This document shows positions 39,007 to 49,473 of a stretch of DNA of 64,000 bases, one piece after another (within the stretch, counting starts at the first letter, position 1; each line of letters opens with the position of its first letter). Where the stretch lies: positions 80-64,079 of the forward strand of contig JBCCJU010000004.1 in assembly GCA_039027715.1 (NCBI GenBank), written 5' to 3'. The stretch comes from Cyanobacteria bacterium P01_C01_bin.120. Its GTDB lineage: Bacteria; Cyanobacteriota; Cyanobacteriia; Phormidesmidales; Phormidesmidaceae. Below the pieces are notes generated by a model. That model was given only the letters and a program-made list of their open reading frames with translations. It had not been told where the DNA came from and made no database searches. Both the position numbers and the translations under genes were made by a program.

Positions 39007-39810
39007 ATGAAAGGATTGCAGGGAAAAACCGCTGTTATAACTGGCGCTAGTTCAGGCATTGGCCAGGCGATCGCAATTCGCCTCGGGGCAGAAGGCTGTA
39101 ACGTCGTTATTAATTATCGTAGTGACGAGGAAGGCGCGGCAAAAACTGCCGAGACGGCCCAGCAACAGGCTCAATCAGCTGGATATGAGATCAAAACGCT
39201 AATAGTGCAGGCCGATGTTTCTCAGGAAGATGACATTTTGAAACTCTTTCAAAAGTCAAACGACGCCTTTGGTACCGTTCATTTTTTTATTAATAATGCG
39301 GGTATTCAGATTGAAGCAGCCTCTCACGAGGTGGAAACGGATGCCTTTGATAAGGTCATCAACGTCAATTTACGCGGCGCTTATCTATGTTCGCGAGAGG
39401 CCATTCAGCAGTTTCTTGAGCAGCAGCAGCCTGGAGTTATCATCAATGTCTCCAGCGTGCATGAAATAATCCCTCGACCCCAGTATGTCAGCTATTCCAT
39501 GAGCAAGGGAGGCATGGGGAACCTGACAAAAACCCTGGCGTTGGACTATGCGCGGCAGGGCATTCGGGTCAATGCGATCGCCCCTGGCGCTACCGCAACA
39601 CCGATTAACTCTGACTGGGTAGATAACCCTGAAAAAGAAGCCGAAGTGAATAGCCATATTCCTTTAGGGCGTCCCGGCACGCCGGAAGAGATGGCCGCTG
39701 CCACAGCTTTTCTAGTTTCTGACGAGGCTACTTACATTACTGGACAAACACTTTATATTGACGGCGGTTTAACGCTCTACGCTGACTTCCGCGAGCCTTG
39801 GTCGGCTTAG
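39007..39810 (+). CDS. Short-chain dehydrogenase, glucose 1-dehydrogenase type
   Basis: TGASSGIG, NNAG, SSVHE, YSMSK (YxxxK). Confidence 0.93.
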   Translation: MKGLQGKTAVITGASSGIGQAIAIRLGAEGCNVVINYRSDEEGAAKTAETAQQQAQSAGYEIKTLIVQADVSQEDDILKLFQKSNDAFGTVHFFINNAGIQIEAASHEVETDAFDKVINVNLRGAYLCSREAIQQFLEQQQPGVIINVSSVHEIIPRPQYVSYSMSKGGMGNLTKTLALDYARQGIRVNAIAPGATATPINSDWVDNPEKEAEVNSHIPLGRPGTPEEMAAATAFLVSDEATYITGQTLYIDGGLTLYADFREPWSA

Positions 39811-40022
39811 GCCTTAACAGCAGGAGAGGCCGCCAGTGGGCTCATCAGTGAGGCAATCGTTTTAGATTCTCCGCTTTGTTGTTGAAGCTCCCTAATCTTA
39901 TGCCGGGGCAGTAAAGGAAGGGATTTCCCAGCATTCGATGGCGGAAACTGCCAAAAGTCTGCAAGCTGAAACTATGTTTCGCGAGCAGTGTCCAGACTGG
40001 ATTGGAAAAGCCGCCGGGATTG

Positions 40023-40697
40023 TCAGAGTGGAGCTACTTCAACCGTCATTGGCGAGTCTCCACGGGGCGCGGGAGTAAACGTAATCTGCTGCCCCACGAT
40101 CGCGATGTCGCCAGAGTAGCCCATCTCAAGAAATAATTCGCCGCGTCGCGTCAGGGTCAGCCGCGAGCGGGGCGCGCCATCCCGCCACATTTCGCTGTCG
40201 AGACCACAGCTCACCAGCATCACCGACGGAAAGGTAGCACTGCCGCCAGTATTGATGAACGTTCGCAAGACATAGGTGCCGTCACTGAGTTGGCCAAGTG
40301 GAAGATAGCCGGCAAAGCGGCGATCGCCTTGCTGCTCCCACTCAGCAATTACCCGTCCAGCTTCGTTTACTGAGACGTCAGCATAAAACTGGTTAGTGTC
40401 AGCAGTTGATCCTTCGACATCCACAGCGATCGCGCCCGGCAACTGATCCGAAAGCCATGGCTCCAGCGCCATCACCGCTCTGGGATTTATCGGTTCTCCT
40501 CGAAACGTGAACGATGTTTGCAACTCTGTCAAAGCAGCCGCGTAATCGATGCTGACAGTCTCGGCTGGCGGCAGATCGACTTCTTCAGCTGTCGAATGCA
40601 GCGACAAATTTCCCAGCCCGTATAGCAGGACTAAACTCACGAGCAGCAGCCCCAGCGATCGCAATTGCCGCGACCATTCAATCTTTTTCTTGGCCAT
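40023..40697 (-). CDS. Hypothetical exported protein
   Basis: 224-aa ORF with an N-terminal TM helix and no recognised family. Confidence 0.75.
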   Translation of the reverse strand: MAKKKIEWSRQLRSLGLLLVSLVLLYGLGNLSLHSTAEEVDLPPAETVSIDYAAALTELQTSFTFRGEPINPRAVMALEPWLSDQLPGAIAVDVEGSTADTNQFYADVSVNEAGRVIAEWEQQGDRRFAGYLPLGQLSDGTYVLRTFINTGGSATFPSVMLVSCGLDSEMWRDGAPRSRLTLTRRGELFLEMGYSGDIAIVGQQITFTPAPRGDSPMTVEVAPL

Positions 40698-40960
40698 AAA
40701 AACACTTTTTCTTAAGATTTAGCCGACTCGATTTTATAGTCCCCAAAACGTTAATCAAATACCTTAAATATGTTCACTTTTCTCAATAAAGACATAAGCT
40801 TCTTAGCTGAATAAATTTTCTTGTGCAAGCGAATCGCAAAGTTTGGGGGGAGGTTAATGTGAATATAAGCCAGAGATTAACTGGTAATTAATTCACCTGA
40901 TTTTCCATTCGCTGCGGGAATTTAGGTGGAAACTGTCACACCTAAATGGAAGGGGTAATT

Positions 40961-42991
40961 ATGACCCGGAAAGTCTTATCGGGGCTGCGCAATATTGCGA
41001 TTGTTGGCCCCTACTCTAGTGGTAAAACTACTCTATTAGAAAGCCTGCTATACGTTAGTAAAACGATCGCTCGTAAAGGCAAAATTGAAGACGGCAATAC
41101 CTTAGGCGATGCCGCCCCAGAAGCCCGCGATCGCACGATGACTGTTGAATTAAACGCCGCCAGCGCAGAGTATGGCGGCGTTTGTTTTAATTTTTTAGAT
41201 TGTCCAGGATCGGTGGAACTACAGCAAGAAACGGATAATGCTCTGTTGGGAGTAGATGCCGCTATTATCGTTTGCGAAGCTGATCCCCATCGCGTATTGA
41301 CGTTGGCTCCTTTGTTGCAATTTCTTGACAGTTGGGAAATTCCTCATCTGATCTGGATTAACAAAATGGATCGAGCCACGGCTCCTTTTCCGGAAATACT
41401 GGCAGCGCTAAAAACCGTTTCGAGTCGGCCTATTCTGCCCCAACAATATCCCATCCGTGAAGAACAGAAACTAGTTGGCTTTATTGATCTGATTACGGAA
41501 CAGGCCTACCACTATCACGAGGATGCTCCCGCCGATCCGGTGCCGCTGCCGGCTGCCCTTAAATCAGCAGAACAGGTCACCCGTGAAGAAATGCTCGAGG
41601 CACTGGCGGACTTTGACGATCATCTGCTTGAGGAGCTTTTGGAAGACGTCGAGCCGCCTCAGGCAGAAATCCTACAGGACTTCAAGCAAGATTTGGGGGC
41701 CGACCTGATTGTGCCGGTCTTGTTTGGCATGGCCGCCAAAGACTACGGCACTCGTCCGCTGTGGGAGGCCCTGGTGAAAGAAGCGCCCGATGCGGCGATT
41801 ACTGCGACTAATCGCGGCCTGGAAGGTGACGCGGACGAAACGTTGGCGCAGGTGCTCAAAACCTTTTATACCCCCCAGGGAGGCAAGCTGTCGCTGGTGA
41901 GAGTGTGGCAGGGCAGCCTAGCCAACGGCGATAGCCTAAATGGCGATCGCATGGGCGGCCTGTATCAGCTGATGGGGACACAGCAGCAGAGCGTAACTCA
42001 GGCTCAAGCTGGTGACATTGTGGCCATCTCCCGTCTAGAGTCTGCTACCACTGGCACCACCCTGTCGTCCCTGACGGCTCCTAGCGTGGAGTTGCCAAAG
42101 GCTGCCGTGCTAACGCCGGTTTACGCATTGGCGATCGCACCCGAAAAGCGCAGTGACGAAGTGAAGCTTACTGACGCCCTCAATAAACTCAGGGAAGAGG
42201 ATCCGTCATTGCGGTGGGAGCAGCATGGCGACACCCATGAGGTCATTTTGTGGGGCCAAGGCGAAGTACATCTCAAGATTTCGCTAGATCGCCTACGTCG
42301 CAAGTACAATTTGCCTATGTCTACGCACCTGCCCCGCATTTCCTACAAAGAAACCATTCGCCGCACAGGAAAAGAAATTCGTGGTCGCTATAAGCATCAA
42401 ACTGGCGGGCACGGTCAGTTTGGCGATGTCTATCTCGACATCCAACCTCTGGAACGTGGCCAAGGCTTTAATTTTGCTCAAAAAATTGTGGGTGGCGTAG
42501 TGCCCCGGCAATATATTCCCAGCGTGGAGACTGGCGTGCGGGAATACCTCAGTCAGGGTCCTCTGGGCTTTCCCGTGGTGGATGTCGCCGTCACCCTGAC
42601 ACACGGGTCTTACCACGCCGTAGACAGCTCTGATCAGGCCTTCAAACAGGCGGCCCGCATTGCAATGCAGGAGGGGCTCCCTAAATGTGAACCGGTTTTG
42701 CTGGAGCCCGTGGATGCGGTGCAAATTTTAGTGCCCAACAGCTTCACTGCTAACGTGCTGAAGCTGATTAGCGGTCGTCGTGGCCAAATCCTGGGCTATG
42801 AAGCCAAAACTGGCTGGCAGGGCTGGGATATGGTTGCCGCTTACCTTCCCGAATCAGAAATGCAGAGTCTGATTCTCGAGTTGCGATCGCTCTCGATGGG
42901 CGTTGGCACTTTTAGCTGGCAGTACGATCATCTCGACCCCGTGCCAAATGAATTACGCGATCGTATTTTGGTTCAGACCAAAGATCGCTAA
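40961..42991 (+). CDS. Elongation factor G paralogue (EF-G2/FusA-like, divergent G domain)
   Basis: GPYSSGKTT, DCPG, NKMD, KHQTGGHGQFG, GSYHAVDSS, SLSMGVGTF. Confidence 0.93.
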   Translation: MTRKVLSGLRNIAIVGPYSSGKTTLLESLLYVSKTIARKGKIEDGNTLGDAAPEARDRTMTVELNAASAEYGGVCFNFLDCPGSVELQQETDNALLGVDAAIIVCEADPHRVLTLAPLLQFLDSWEIPHLIWINKMDRATAPFPEILAALKTVSSRPILPQQYPIREEQKLVGFIDLITEQAYHYHEDAPADPVPLPAALKSAEQVTREEMLEALADFDDHLLEELLEDVEPPQAEILQDFKQDLGADLIVPVLFGMAAKDYGTRPLWEALVKEAPDAAITATNRGLEGDADETLAQVLKTFYTPQGGKLSLVRVWQGSLANGDSLNGDRMGGLYQLMGTQQQSVTQAQAGDIVAISRLESATTGTTLSSLTAPSVELPKAAVLTPVYALAIAPEKRSDEVKLTDALNKLREEDPSLRWEQHGDTHEVILWGQGEVHLKISLDRLRRKYNLPMSTHLPRISYKETIRRTGKEIRGRYKHQTGGHGQFGDVYLDIQPLERGQGFNFAQKIVGGVVPRQYIPSVETGVREYLSQGPLGFPVVDVAVTLTHGSYHAVDSSDQAFKQAARIAMQEGLPKCEPVLLEPVDAVQILVPNSFTANVLKLISGRRGQILGYEAKTGWQGWDMVAAYLPESEMQSLILELRSLSMGVGTFSWQYDHLDPVPNELRDRILVQTKDR

Positions 42992-43034
42992 AGCCGTCTG
43001 AACTCGCTTTTTCGATGCGGCCAAAGCCACATTG

Positions 43035-43070
43035 CCCCCTTCAGCTCCGGTGAGTCAGAAGGGGGTTTTT
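43035..43070 (+). terminator. Probable intrinsic terminator after the EF-G paralogue
   Basis: CCCCCTTC...GAAGGGGG stem followed by TTTTT, between convergent genes. Confidence 0.65.
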
Positions 43071-43110
43071 GCATCCACTCAGCCTCGGGCTGATTCGCAT
43101 GATGGCAGAG

Positions 43111-43650
43111 TTATTCTTGAGCCGCTGGTGCCATCCGTTTGCGCAAAGACTCGGCTCGTCGCTTGGCCGTTTTGTTATCAGGGTCATAGCTCAAAGCCGC
43201 CTCATAGGACTCGATTGATTGGGCAATTAGCTGCTTGCGCTCATAGCTGTGGCCGAGATTATTTAAGGCAGTGACGTAACCTGGCGCAATTTCAAGCGCT
43301 TCCTTGTATTGGCGAATCGCTAAATCGTACTGATTTTGCGCAAAGTAGGCAAATCCCAAAGCATTATAAATTATGGCCGCCTGTTCTGATTCATCTTCCG
43401 ACAATAGCTTGAGAGCCTGCTTAAGCTGAATGACGGCTTGAGAATACAGCTTTTTATCCAGCATTAGACTGCCCAATTCGTAATATTCCTGGGCAGCTCC
43501 CTGCTCTTTACTCAATTTGTTTTGTAACCGGTTCAGGGTACCTTCTACGCGCCGCGTCTTATACACTTGGCGGATCACGAGCACTGCTGCCACACTCAGT
43601 AGAGCCAGCAGCGTCACCAGGTAAGTCAACAGCAGATTGGTATCTTCCAT
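43111..43650 (-). CDS. ycf37: TPR protein Ycf37 (PSI assembly)
   Basis: N-terminal TM helix, YYELGSLMLDKKLY, NALGFAY, NNLGHSYE, DPDNKTAK. Confidence 0.85.
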   Translation of the reverse strand: MEDTNLLLTYLVTLLALLSVAAVLVIRQVYKTRRVEGTLNRLQNKLSKEQGAAQEYYELGSLMLDKKLYSQAVIQLKQALKLLSEDESEQAAIIYNALGFAYFAQNQYDLAIRQYKEALEIAPGYVTALNNLGHSYERKQLIAQSIESYEAALSYDPDNKTAKRRAESLRKRMAPAAQE

Positions 43651-43864
43651 ATCACCGCTTCACAACATCAAATTCAAAGCTTGTCTCTTATACAAATATC
43701 TTGACACGCTAAGGGATTAGCTGGAATATTTGCGGCCTGAGGTAGGGTGATTGAGTAAGAGGAGAGATGGGCGAGGGTAAAAATGCTCAGTCAAACGGCC
43801 GTTCATGCACACCGGGACCTATTCTCTGCTACTGGTCACCTAATCCGCACCCTGCACTCCGCAG

Positions 43865-44662
43865 CTAAGGCAATCCCCAGGCGCTGGAGCGTTCTTCCAA
43901 CCAGCCGTCAGCGTGCCATTCTGCGATCGCCTCATTAACAAATTGCCGCAGTTCAATGTGCTGGTTTCCTTTGGGCATTACGATCGCTAGTGGCTCGGCA
44001 GTGAGCACGCTGGGCAACAACCGATAATCTGGATACTCCTGCAGCCAACCGCTAAGTATGGTTAAATCTGCCGCGATCGCGGCTGCTTGTCCAGCCTCTA
44101 AAGCTTCGTAGGCCGCCATGTAAGAGGGAACGCCAATCAACTCGGCAGTGGGCAGCGCGTAATCAACGTGGGCAATCGCTTCTGAACCTTCGATTAGAGC
44201 AATCGCCTGCTGCTGTAGGTCGTCCAACTGTCGAATTTGTGGATTGCGGGTTAAAAAGGCCGTACCGTCTAGGTAGTAAGGGCTGCTGAAGTCTACCAAG
44301 CGCTGCCGCATCGGGGTAATCCCCACGCCCGCGATCGCCAGATCCACTTCATCGTTCAGCACCAGCGCCAGGCGATCTCGATTAGTCACCGGCACCAGTT
44401 CAATGGCCGTGGGATCGTCAAAAAGTTCCACCGCTAGGCGCACGGCAATATCAATTTCTAGACCTGTTAGTTCGCCAGTCTCATCTATAAAACCGAGAGG
44501 CCGCCAGTTGTCTTTGACCGCAACAATAAGATAGCCGCGTTCTTGAATTGTTTCTAACTCTGCCGCAAAAGCAACTGGGGACGCAACGACCTGCATCCCC
44601 AGCAATGTGCCAAAAATAGTCAACGGTAAGCGCATGCCGTTAATAGACAGGATTACCTTCAA
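43865..44662 (-). CDS. Amino-acid ABC transporter substrate-binding protein (family 3)
   Basis: GYLIVAVKDNWRPLGF, GLEIDIA, RLVDFSSPYYLDG. Confidence 0.9.
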   Translation of the reverse strand: MKVILSINGMRLPLTIFGTLLGMQVVASPVAFAAELETIQERGYLIVAVKDNWRPLGFIDETGELTGLEIDIAVRLAVELFDDPTAIELVPVTNRDRLALVLNDEVDLAIAGVGITPMRQRLVDFSSPYYLDGTAFLTRNPQIRQLDDLQQQAIALIEGSEAIAHVDYALPTAELIGVPSYMAAYEALEAGQAAAIAADLTILSGWLQEYPDYRLLPSVLTAEPLAIVMPKGNQHIELRQFVNEAIAEWHADGWLEERSSAWGLP

Positions 44663-44665
44663 AGT

Positions 44666-45016
44666 TTAGGCTTTAGTGGCAATTTCGACGACTTTGCTAA
44701 AGCCATCGGGATCGAGAACTGCCATTTGAGCCAGCATTTTTCGGTTAATTTCAATGTCAGCCTTTTTGAGCTGGCCAATTAAGCGGCTGTAGCTAATGCC
44801 ATGCAAACGAGCAGCCGCATTAATCCGCGTGATCCACAGCCGACGAAAATCGCGTTTCCGCCGTCGGCGATCGCGATAGGCATATCGCAACGCCTTCATC
44901 ACCTGCTGATTAGCCGTGCGAAAGAGCTTGGAATGCGATCCTCGAAAGCCTTTCGCCAGCTTTAATACCTTTTTGCGGCGTTTGCGGGCGACATTACCGC
45001 GCTTAACCCGTGCCAT
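44666..45016 (-). CDS. rplT: 50S ribosomal protein L20
   Basis: [26 protein letters not shown]...[12 protein letters not shown]. Confidence 0.99.
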   Translation of the reverse strand: MARVKRGNVARKRRKKVLKLAKGFRGSHSKLFRTANQQVMKALRYAYRDRRRRKRDFRRLWITRINAAARLHGISYSRLIGQLKKADIEINRKMLAQMAVLDPDGFSKVVEIATKA

Positions 45017-45120
45017 TGTGTCTAATCCTTACTACTTACAACTATTAACTTTGTGGAACTGACTTGTGCAGAGTGAAGCCAACATCTGAAACATGCATGA
45101 CACACTCTTCTATTGGCCGC

Positions 45121-45318
45121 TTAAGAATACGGCAGCATCAGCTCAACATTGGGAGCATCGGCATCCACCACAACGGCCTTATGGCTAAGGCGCACCTTGC
45201 GCTTAGTTTTTTTCTTATCGAGCAGGTGATTGCGGAAAGCCTTGCGGCGCATAAACTTGCCGCTGCCCGTACGCTTAAAGCGCTTGGCAGCCGCTCGACG
45301 GGTTTTTAGCTTCGGCAT
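45121..45318 (-). CDS. rpmI: 50S ribosomal protein L35
   Basis: [21 protein letters not shown], upstream of rplT. Confidence 0.99.
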   Translation of the reverse strand: MPKLKTRRAAAKRFKRTGSGKFMRRKAFRNHLLDKKKTKRKVRLSHKAVVVDADAPNVELMLPYS

Positions 45319-45562
45319 GACGGCGGTTTTCTATTTTCGACACAGTCTTACATGGTACACCGGCCATCTTAATTGAGGCAAGAGGTGTAATGAGTCATTT
45401 GGCTGCAGCTGTCCCTACCGGCCCCATCAATGGCTTTGCAAGTAAATAAAGTACCTGATTGGTAGCAGAGTGGTTGGGTGGCAGGGTAAGAGAGCGTGAT
45501 TGAGATGTTGTTAATTTGCACATCCCTAAGTTCAGAGCCGTTGATGAGTCGGCTGAATCCAA

Positions 45563-46456
45563 TTACGAGGACCCCAATAAAGCACGATCGCTCGGCATTC
45601 CCTCAATATCCGTTGCTAAGCGGAACAGATCACCCGCCTGATAATGCGTCTTGAGCTCTGCTTGGGTCATTCCCGCCGAGGCAGTGGTGATGTAGAGGTC
45701 GGTCAAATTAGGGCCGCCAAAAGTACAGGAAGTGACCAAGGGTACGGGTAGCGGCACCCGCAGCATTTCTTGGCCATCGGGATCGAACCGGATAACACAC
45801 CCGCCATTCCACATTGCCGACCAAATGCAGCCGGCGGCATCAATGGTGAGCCCGTCAGGGTAAAACGATTCATGGGTTAAATCGACCAGGGGGCGGCGAT
45901 CGCTAATCTCGCCGCTAGCGGCATCAAACCGATAAGCATAAATCGTCTGACGCGGACTGTCCGTCAAATAAAACATGGCTTGATCGGGACTCCAGCCCAA
46001 ACCATTGGCGATGGACAGCCCGGTTTCCATTTGTTTAAGGGCGCCATCGGCATCGTAGCGATAGAGACTGGCTTGAGGCTGCTCATTGTTGTTCATCGTG
46101 CCCACCCAAAGGCGGCCCTGGCGATCGCAGCGCACATCGTTGAGACGATTGTCGGGTCGATTGGCTTCAATTTCGACCATCGACACTAGCTCGTGAGTAG
46201 CAAGATTCAACCGGCCCAACCCATTTTCTTGAGCCACGATTAGGTGCTCTCCATCCATTAGGAACAGACCACTCACAACGGTATCAATTTCGATGAAAGA
46301 GGCCATTTTAGCTGCGGGATCAAATGTATGCACCCGGCGATTGTAAATGTCAACCCAGTGGAGCCGCTGATGTTGAGCATCCCAAAGCGGACCTTCCCCC
46401 AGGCGAGCGCGCACTGGCAGCACGTTTTCAATGGAGTCAAGCATATTTTGCAGCAT
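45563..46456 (-). CDS. SMP-30/gluconolactonase/LRE family protein
   Basis: LGEGPLW, RLNDVRCD, NGLGWSPD, PDGLTID, SCTFGG. Confidence 0.94.
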   Translation of the reverse strand: MLQNMLDSIENVLPVRARLGEGPLWDAQHQRLHWVDIYNRRVHTFDPAAKMASFIEIDTVVSGLFLMDGEHLIVAQENGLGRLNLATHELVSMVEIEANRPDNRLNDVRCDRQGRLWVGTMNNNEQPQASLYRYDADGALKQMETGLSIANGLGWSPDQAMFYLTDSPRQTIYAYRFDAASGEISDRRPLVDLTHESFYPDGLTIDAAGCIWSAMWNGGCVIRFDPDGQEMLRVPLPVPLVTSCTFGGPNLTDLYITTASAGMTQAELKTHYQAGDLFRLATDIEGMPSDRALLGSS

Positions 46457-46677
46457 AGAACCCTCAGTTAAGAGCGGAGTATACGGAAGGTAGATTCGAA
46501 ATAGGACATCGTTATGAGTCGCCTTCCGTACAGTTTCTAGTGTTAATAGTTAATAGGCGACAACGAACTTCAAACTATAGGCTCCACAATTTTTCTTATT
46601 CTTACAGCCGACCGCAAAAACGCGGCGCTAATGAAAAAACTGGCTATAGTGTTTGGTTGAAAGTTGAGCGATCGCCT

Positions 46678-47487
46678 ATGAATGCTTCTGCGACTACTGC
46701 CAGCCCTTTAAAGGTGTTTGTCTCTTATTCGCATAAAGATGAGCCGCTCAAAGACGAGCTCGTCGTCTTTTTGAAGGCGCTGCAAAATCTCGGGAAGATC
46801 AGCATCTGGCAAGATCGGGCGATCGATGCCGGTTCTGAATGGAATCAGGCAATTCTACAAGCGTTTGATAGTGCTGACATCATTCTGCTACTAATCACAG
46901 CTCGCTTTATTGGCTCTGACTTTTGCTTCAGCAAAGAAATGTCTCGGGCCCTGATGCACCATGAGGAGAAGACAGCGCGCGTGATTCCCATTATTATGAC
47001 GCCTTGTGCCTGGCAGCAGATGCCGTTTGCCAAGCTACAAATCCTCCCCACTGACGGCAAGCCAGTAGTCGAATGGCGCAGTCAAGATGCCGGGCTTGAT
47101 GATGTCATGAGAGGTATCACCCGTGTGGTGGATAAGCTACATGGAGCACAGCCAGCAGTTGATGATGGCTGGGGAGCACCGTTATCGCCCCCCCCAAATA
47201 TTCAAATGGCTGAGAGGGCAGCGGAGCCTTTAGCCGAAAAACCAACTGCAGACCCATCAGAATCGCTTAGCGCGGCGCAAAAGCGACTGGCGCTGTTCCA
47301 ACTGCTGTCAAGCTTGCCAGGACCAACTTTTGATGCTGTAGTTTATGCTCTCAATGTTCCACCACCACTAATGCCCCCATCAATAGCGCCCCAAGGGCAA
47401 AGGGTATCAGCGCTGCTAAATTGGGCAAAGAGTCCGGTTGGTTGCGGCCTGCAAGAACTAGAAGCGGTGATTAAAGCAGTTTGCTGA
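46678..47487 (+). CDS. TIR domain protein with C-terminal effector-associated domain (EAD9-like)
   Basis: KVFVSYSHKDE, IWQDRAIDAGSEW, SDFCFSKEM (the Glu sits at the catalytic position), RVIPII, then a Pro-rich linker and a 67-aa helical domain. Start moved to ATG 46678. Confidence 0.92.
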   Translation: MNASATTASPLKVFVSYSHKDEPLKDELVVFLKALQNLGKISIWQDRAIDAGSEWNQAILQAFDSADIILLLITARFIGSDFCFSKEMSRALMHHEEKTARVIPIIMTPCAWQQMPFAKLQILPTDGKPVVEWRSQDAGLDDVMRGITRVVDKLHGAQPAVDDGWGAPLSPPPNIQMAERAAEPLAEKPTADPSESLSAAQKRLALFQLLSSLPGPTFDAVVYALNVPPPLMPPSIAPQGQRVSALLNWAKSPVGCGLQELEAVIKAVC

Positions 47488-47577
47488 TTATTGGTTGATG
47501 TTTTCGCCGGTGGCTGACAATTTTGAGATTGCTGGGCTGCTGCCGAGCTACTGCGGTGGAGGCACCTTTTGCCATTC

Positions 47578-47970
47578 CTAGGCTGGCACCTTCTGTGTGG
47601 CTAAAAAACGCTGTAAACGCATCAAATTTAAGCTCTGCCCCAAATTAATTGGCAACACAGAGATGCCTTCTATACGCGACTGTACCCATCCATCGCCCCA
47701 CCGCCATTCATGAAAACCGTCAACCCCTTCCCAGAGCAAAAACCGCATGCTTTGAGGCGTTAAATCAGTGACCTGGTGCTGTACTTTGAGAGGACCAAGA
47801 TAGCTGGTAAAGGTGGTATCCACTTCTAAGACATCCGGCAAACCGACAGAAAAAGTTTGGGGCCACAACCACTGCGTAAATTGACGCGGTTGCAGCAAAC
47901 TGTCACGGATAATTGCAGCTGGAGCGTCGACTTCAACCCGCAGGGTTGTTTGCTGGAAGGTGCCAAACAT
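47578..47970 (-). CDS. Conserved cyanobacterial hypothetical protein (possible SRPBCC fold)
   Basis: MFGTFQQ...LWEGVDGFHEWRWGDGWVQSRIEG. Confidence 0.8.
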   Translation of the reverse strand: MFGTFQQTTLRVEVDAPAAIIRDSLLQPRQFTQWLWPQTFSVGLPDVLEVDTTFTSYLGPLKVQHQVTDLTPQSMRFLLWEGVDGFHEWRWGDGWVQSRIEGISVLPINLGQSLNLMRLQRFLATQKVPA

Positions 47971-48202
47971 AAACCGTTATCTGCTGTTACTTCTTTATTG
48001 TGACTTAGTGTGACCGATTTAGCGCTGCAATCGCGATGAAACACAGCCAAAATGCGTTTTGGGTATGGAATCCGGCATTGAGCGCATTTTCGAGACGGGA
48101 ATTTTCAGCGCTAAATCAACTCAAAAGTTCCCTCTTGCTATCTTTATCTCTTTGCAAGGGCAACCGGTCGTTCACCTCACCATCACTCTATTACCTGCCA
48201 CT

Positions 48203-48637
48203 ATGACGAGTTTTCCAAAAATCAAACTGCTGGCCGTCGGCAAAATCAAAAAAGGTTGGATTCGTGAGGGGCTTGAGGTTTATCAGAAGCGGCTGCCAGA
48301 ACTGGAGATTTTGGAAATCAAAGATTCGACCTTAGAAAAAGAAGGCGAGCAGCTGTTAGCTCAGTTGAAGGGACGCGATCGCCTCATAGCCTTGACGGAA
48401 ATCGGGCAATGCTACAGCTCTGTAGAATTTGCCCAGTTTCTGAGCCGAGCCGAATCCGGCAGCTTGGCGTTTGTCATTGGCAGCGCGGCAGGCTTAAGTG
48501 AGGCCGTCAAGCGCTCTGCCGTTCAACAGCTCAGCCTTTCCCCTATGACCTTTCCCCATGAACTAGCTCGACTCTTGTTGTTGGAGCAGCTCTATCGAGC
48601 CAAGTCGATTCTTCAGGGCAGCAATTACCATAAATAA
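48203..48637 (+). CDS. rlmH: 23S rRNA (pseudouridine-1915-N3) methyltransferase
   Basis: IKLLAVGK, FVIGSAAGL, LSLSPMTFPHELARLLLLEQLYRA, YHK. Start moved to 48203. Confidence 0.96.
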   Translation: MTSFPKIKLLAVGKIKKGWIREGLEVYQKRLPELEILEIKDSTLEKEGEQLLAQLKGRDRLIALTEIGQCYSSVEFAQFLSRAESGSLAFVIGSAAGLSEAVKRSAVQQLSLSPMTFPHELARLLLLEQLYRAKSILQGSNYHK

Positions 48638-48862
48638 GCTTCATGCTTAAGTTCAATCAGCGGTTTTTTTGGGGGCTCAAGGTTGAGGGTCGATCTAAAA
48701 ATTTCGCGATTCCCCAGATCTCAAGCACAGCTAGAGAACGTAGAAGTCTTCAGCATCATCGCTGAGCAATGGAGCGGCATCGAAGCTCAACGAATCGATC
48801 AGACAATTTGGTACGCTACTGGAGCTCACGTGGTTTTTCATCAAACATTCTTCGGCAGCGCT

Positions 48863-49219
48863 ATGACACTCCGGGTTTACGGTATTCCCAATTGTGGCAC
48901 CTGCAAAAAGGCTTTCAGTTGGTTAGAAAACAACGGCATCAGCTATGAGTTTATTGACACCAAAACCGCGCCGCCCAGTCGCGACATGATTGCTGACTGG
49001 GTGGCAGCGCTAGGTTCGAAGCCTATGCGCAATACTTCAGGACAGGCTTATCGGGCCATTGGTGAAGAGAAAAAGTCTTGGAGCGATGAGCAATGGACTG
49101 ATGCGTTCGCCGAAAATGTCATGCTGTTGAAGCGTCCCTTGTTCGTCAAAAACGGCAGCGCAGTGCTTGTTGGCTTTCGCGCTAAAGAAGACGTTTTGCA
49201 AACCACCCTAAATGATTGA
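48863..49219 (+). CDS. ArsC/Spx/MgsR family protein
   Basis: VYGIPNCGTCKKA (CxxC) and MLLKRP...VLVGF. Start moved to 48863. Confidence 0.92.
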   Translation: MTLRVYGIPNCGTCKKAFSWLENNGISYEFIDTKTAPPSRDMIADWVAALGSKPMRNTSGQAYRAIGEEKKSWSDEQWTDAFAENVMLLKRPLFVKNGSAVLVGFRAKEDVLQTTLND

Positions 49220-49389
49220 CAGACAGTGGCTAGTGAATGCCATAAAGCATCGTCAAAAAGAATTCTGGCCGCAGGCATTGGCTTTACGTCCAATCAGCAA
49301 ACAGCCTCAATGGCACAAATGTTGCAGTGGAAAAGCGTAAGCCATGCCAAATGGTCGAGAGATTGCCGAAAGCATTGACTGACGGTATG

Positions 49390-49473
49390 TTAACCGCCTA
49401 GCTGACCTAACATAATAGAAATCGACCAGGCAAAAATCGCAAGTGTTAATAGCGTTGGCAAAATCGTCGTCAT
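49390..49473 (-). CDS. Candidate 27-aa single-TM small protein
   Basis: MTTILPTLLTLAIFAWSISIMLGQLGG, preceded by AAGGAG 10 nt upstream of the ATG. Confidence 0.5.
   Translation of the reverse strand: MTTILPTLLTLAIFAWSISIMLGQLGG

Noticed and set aside
43865-45318. rpmI-rplT followed by the substrate-binding protein gene and ycf37 as a novel operon
   Set aside because: As I recall, this gene order is common in cyanobacteria, so it is not unusual.
46482-46530. 9-bp inverted repeat TACGGAAGG/CCTTCCGTA upstream of the TIR gene
   Set aside because: Too short, with no target-site duplication or second copy to support a MITE. It may be an ordinary promoter or leader hairpin.
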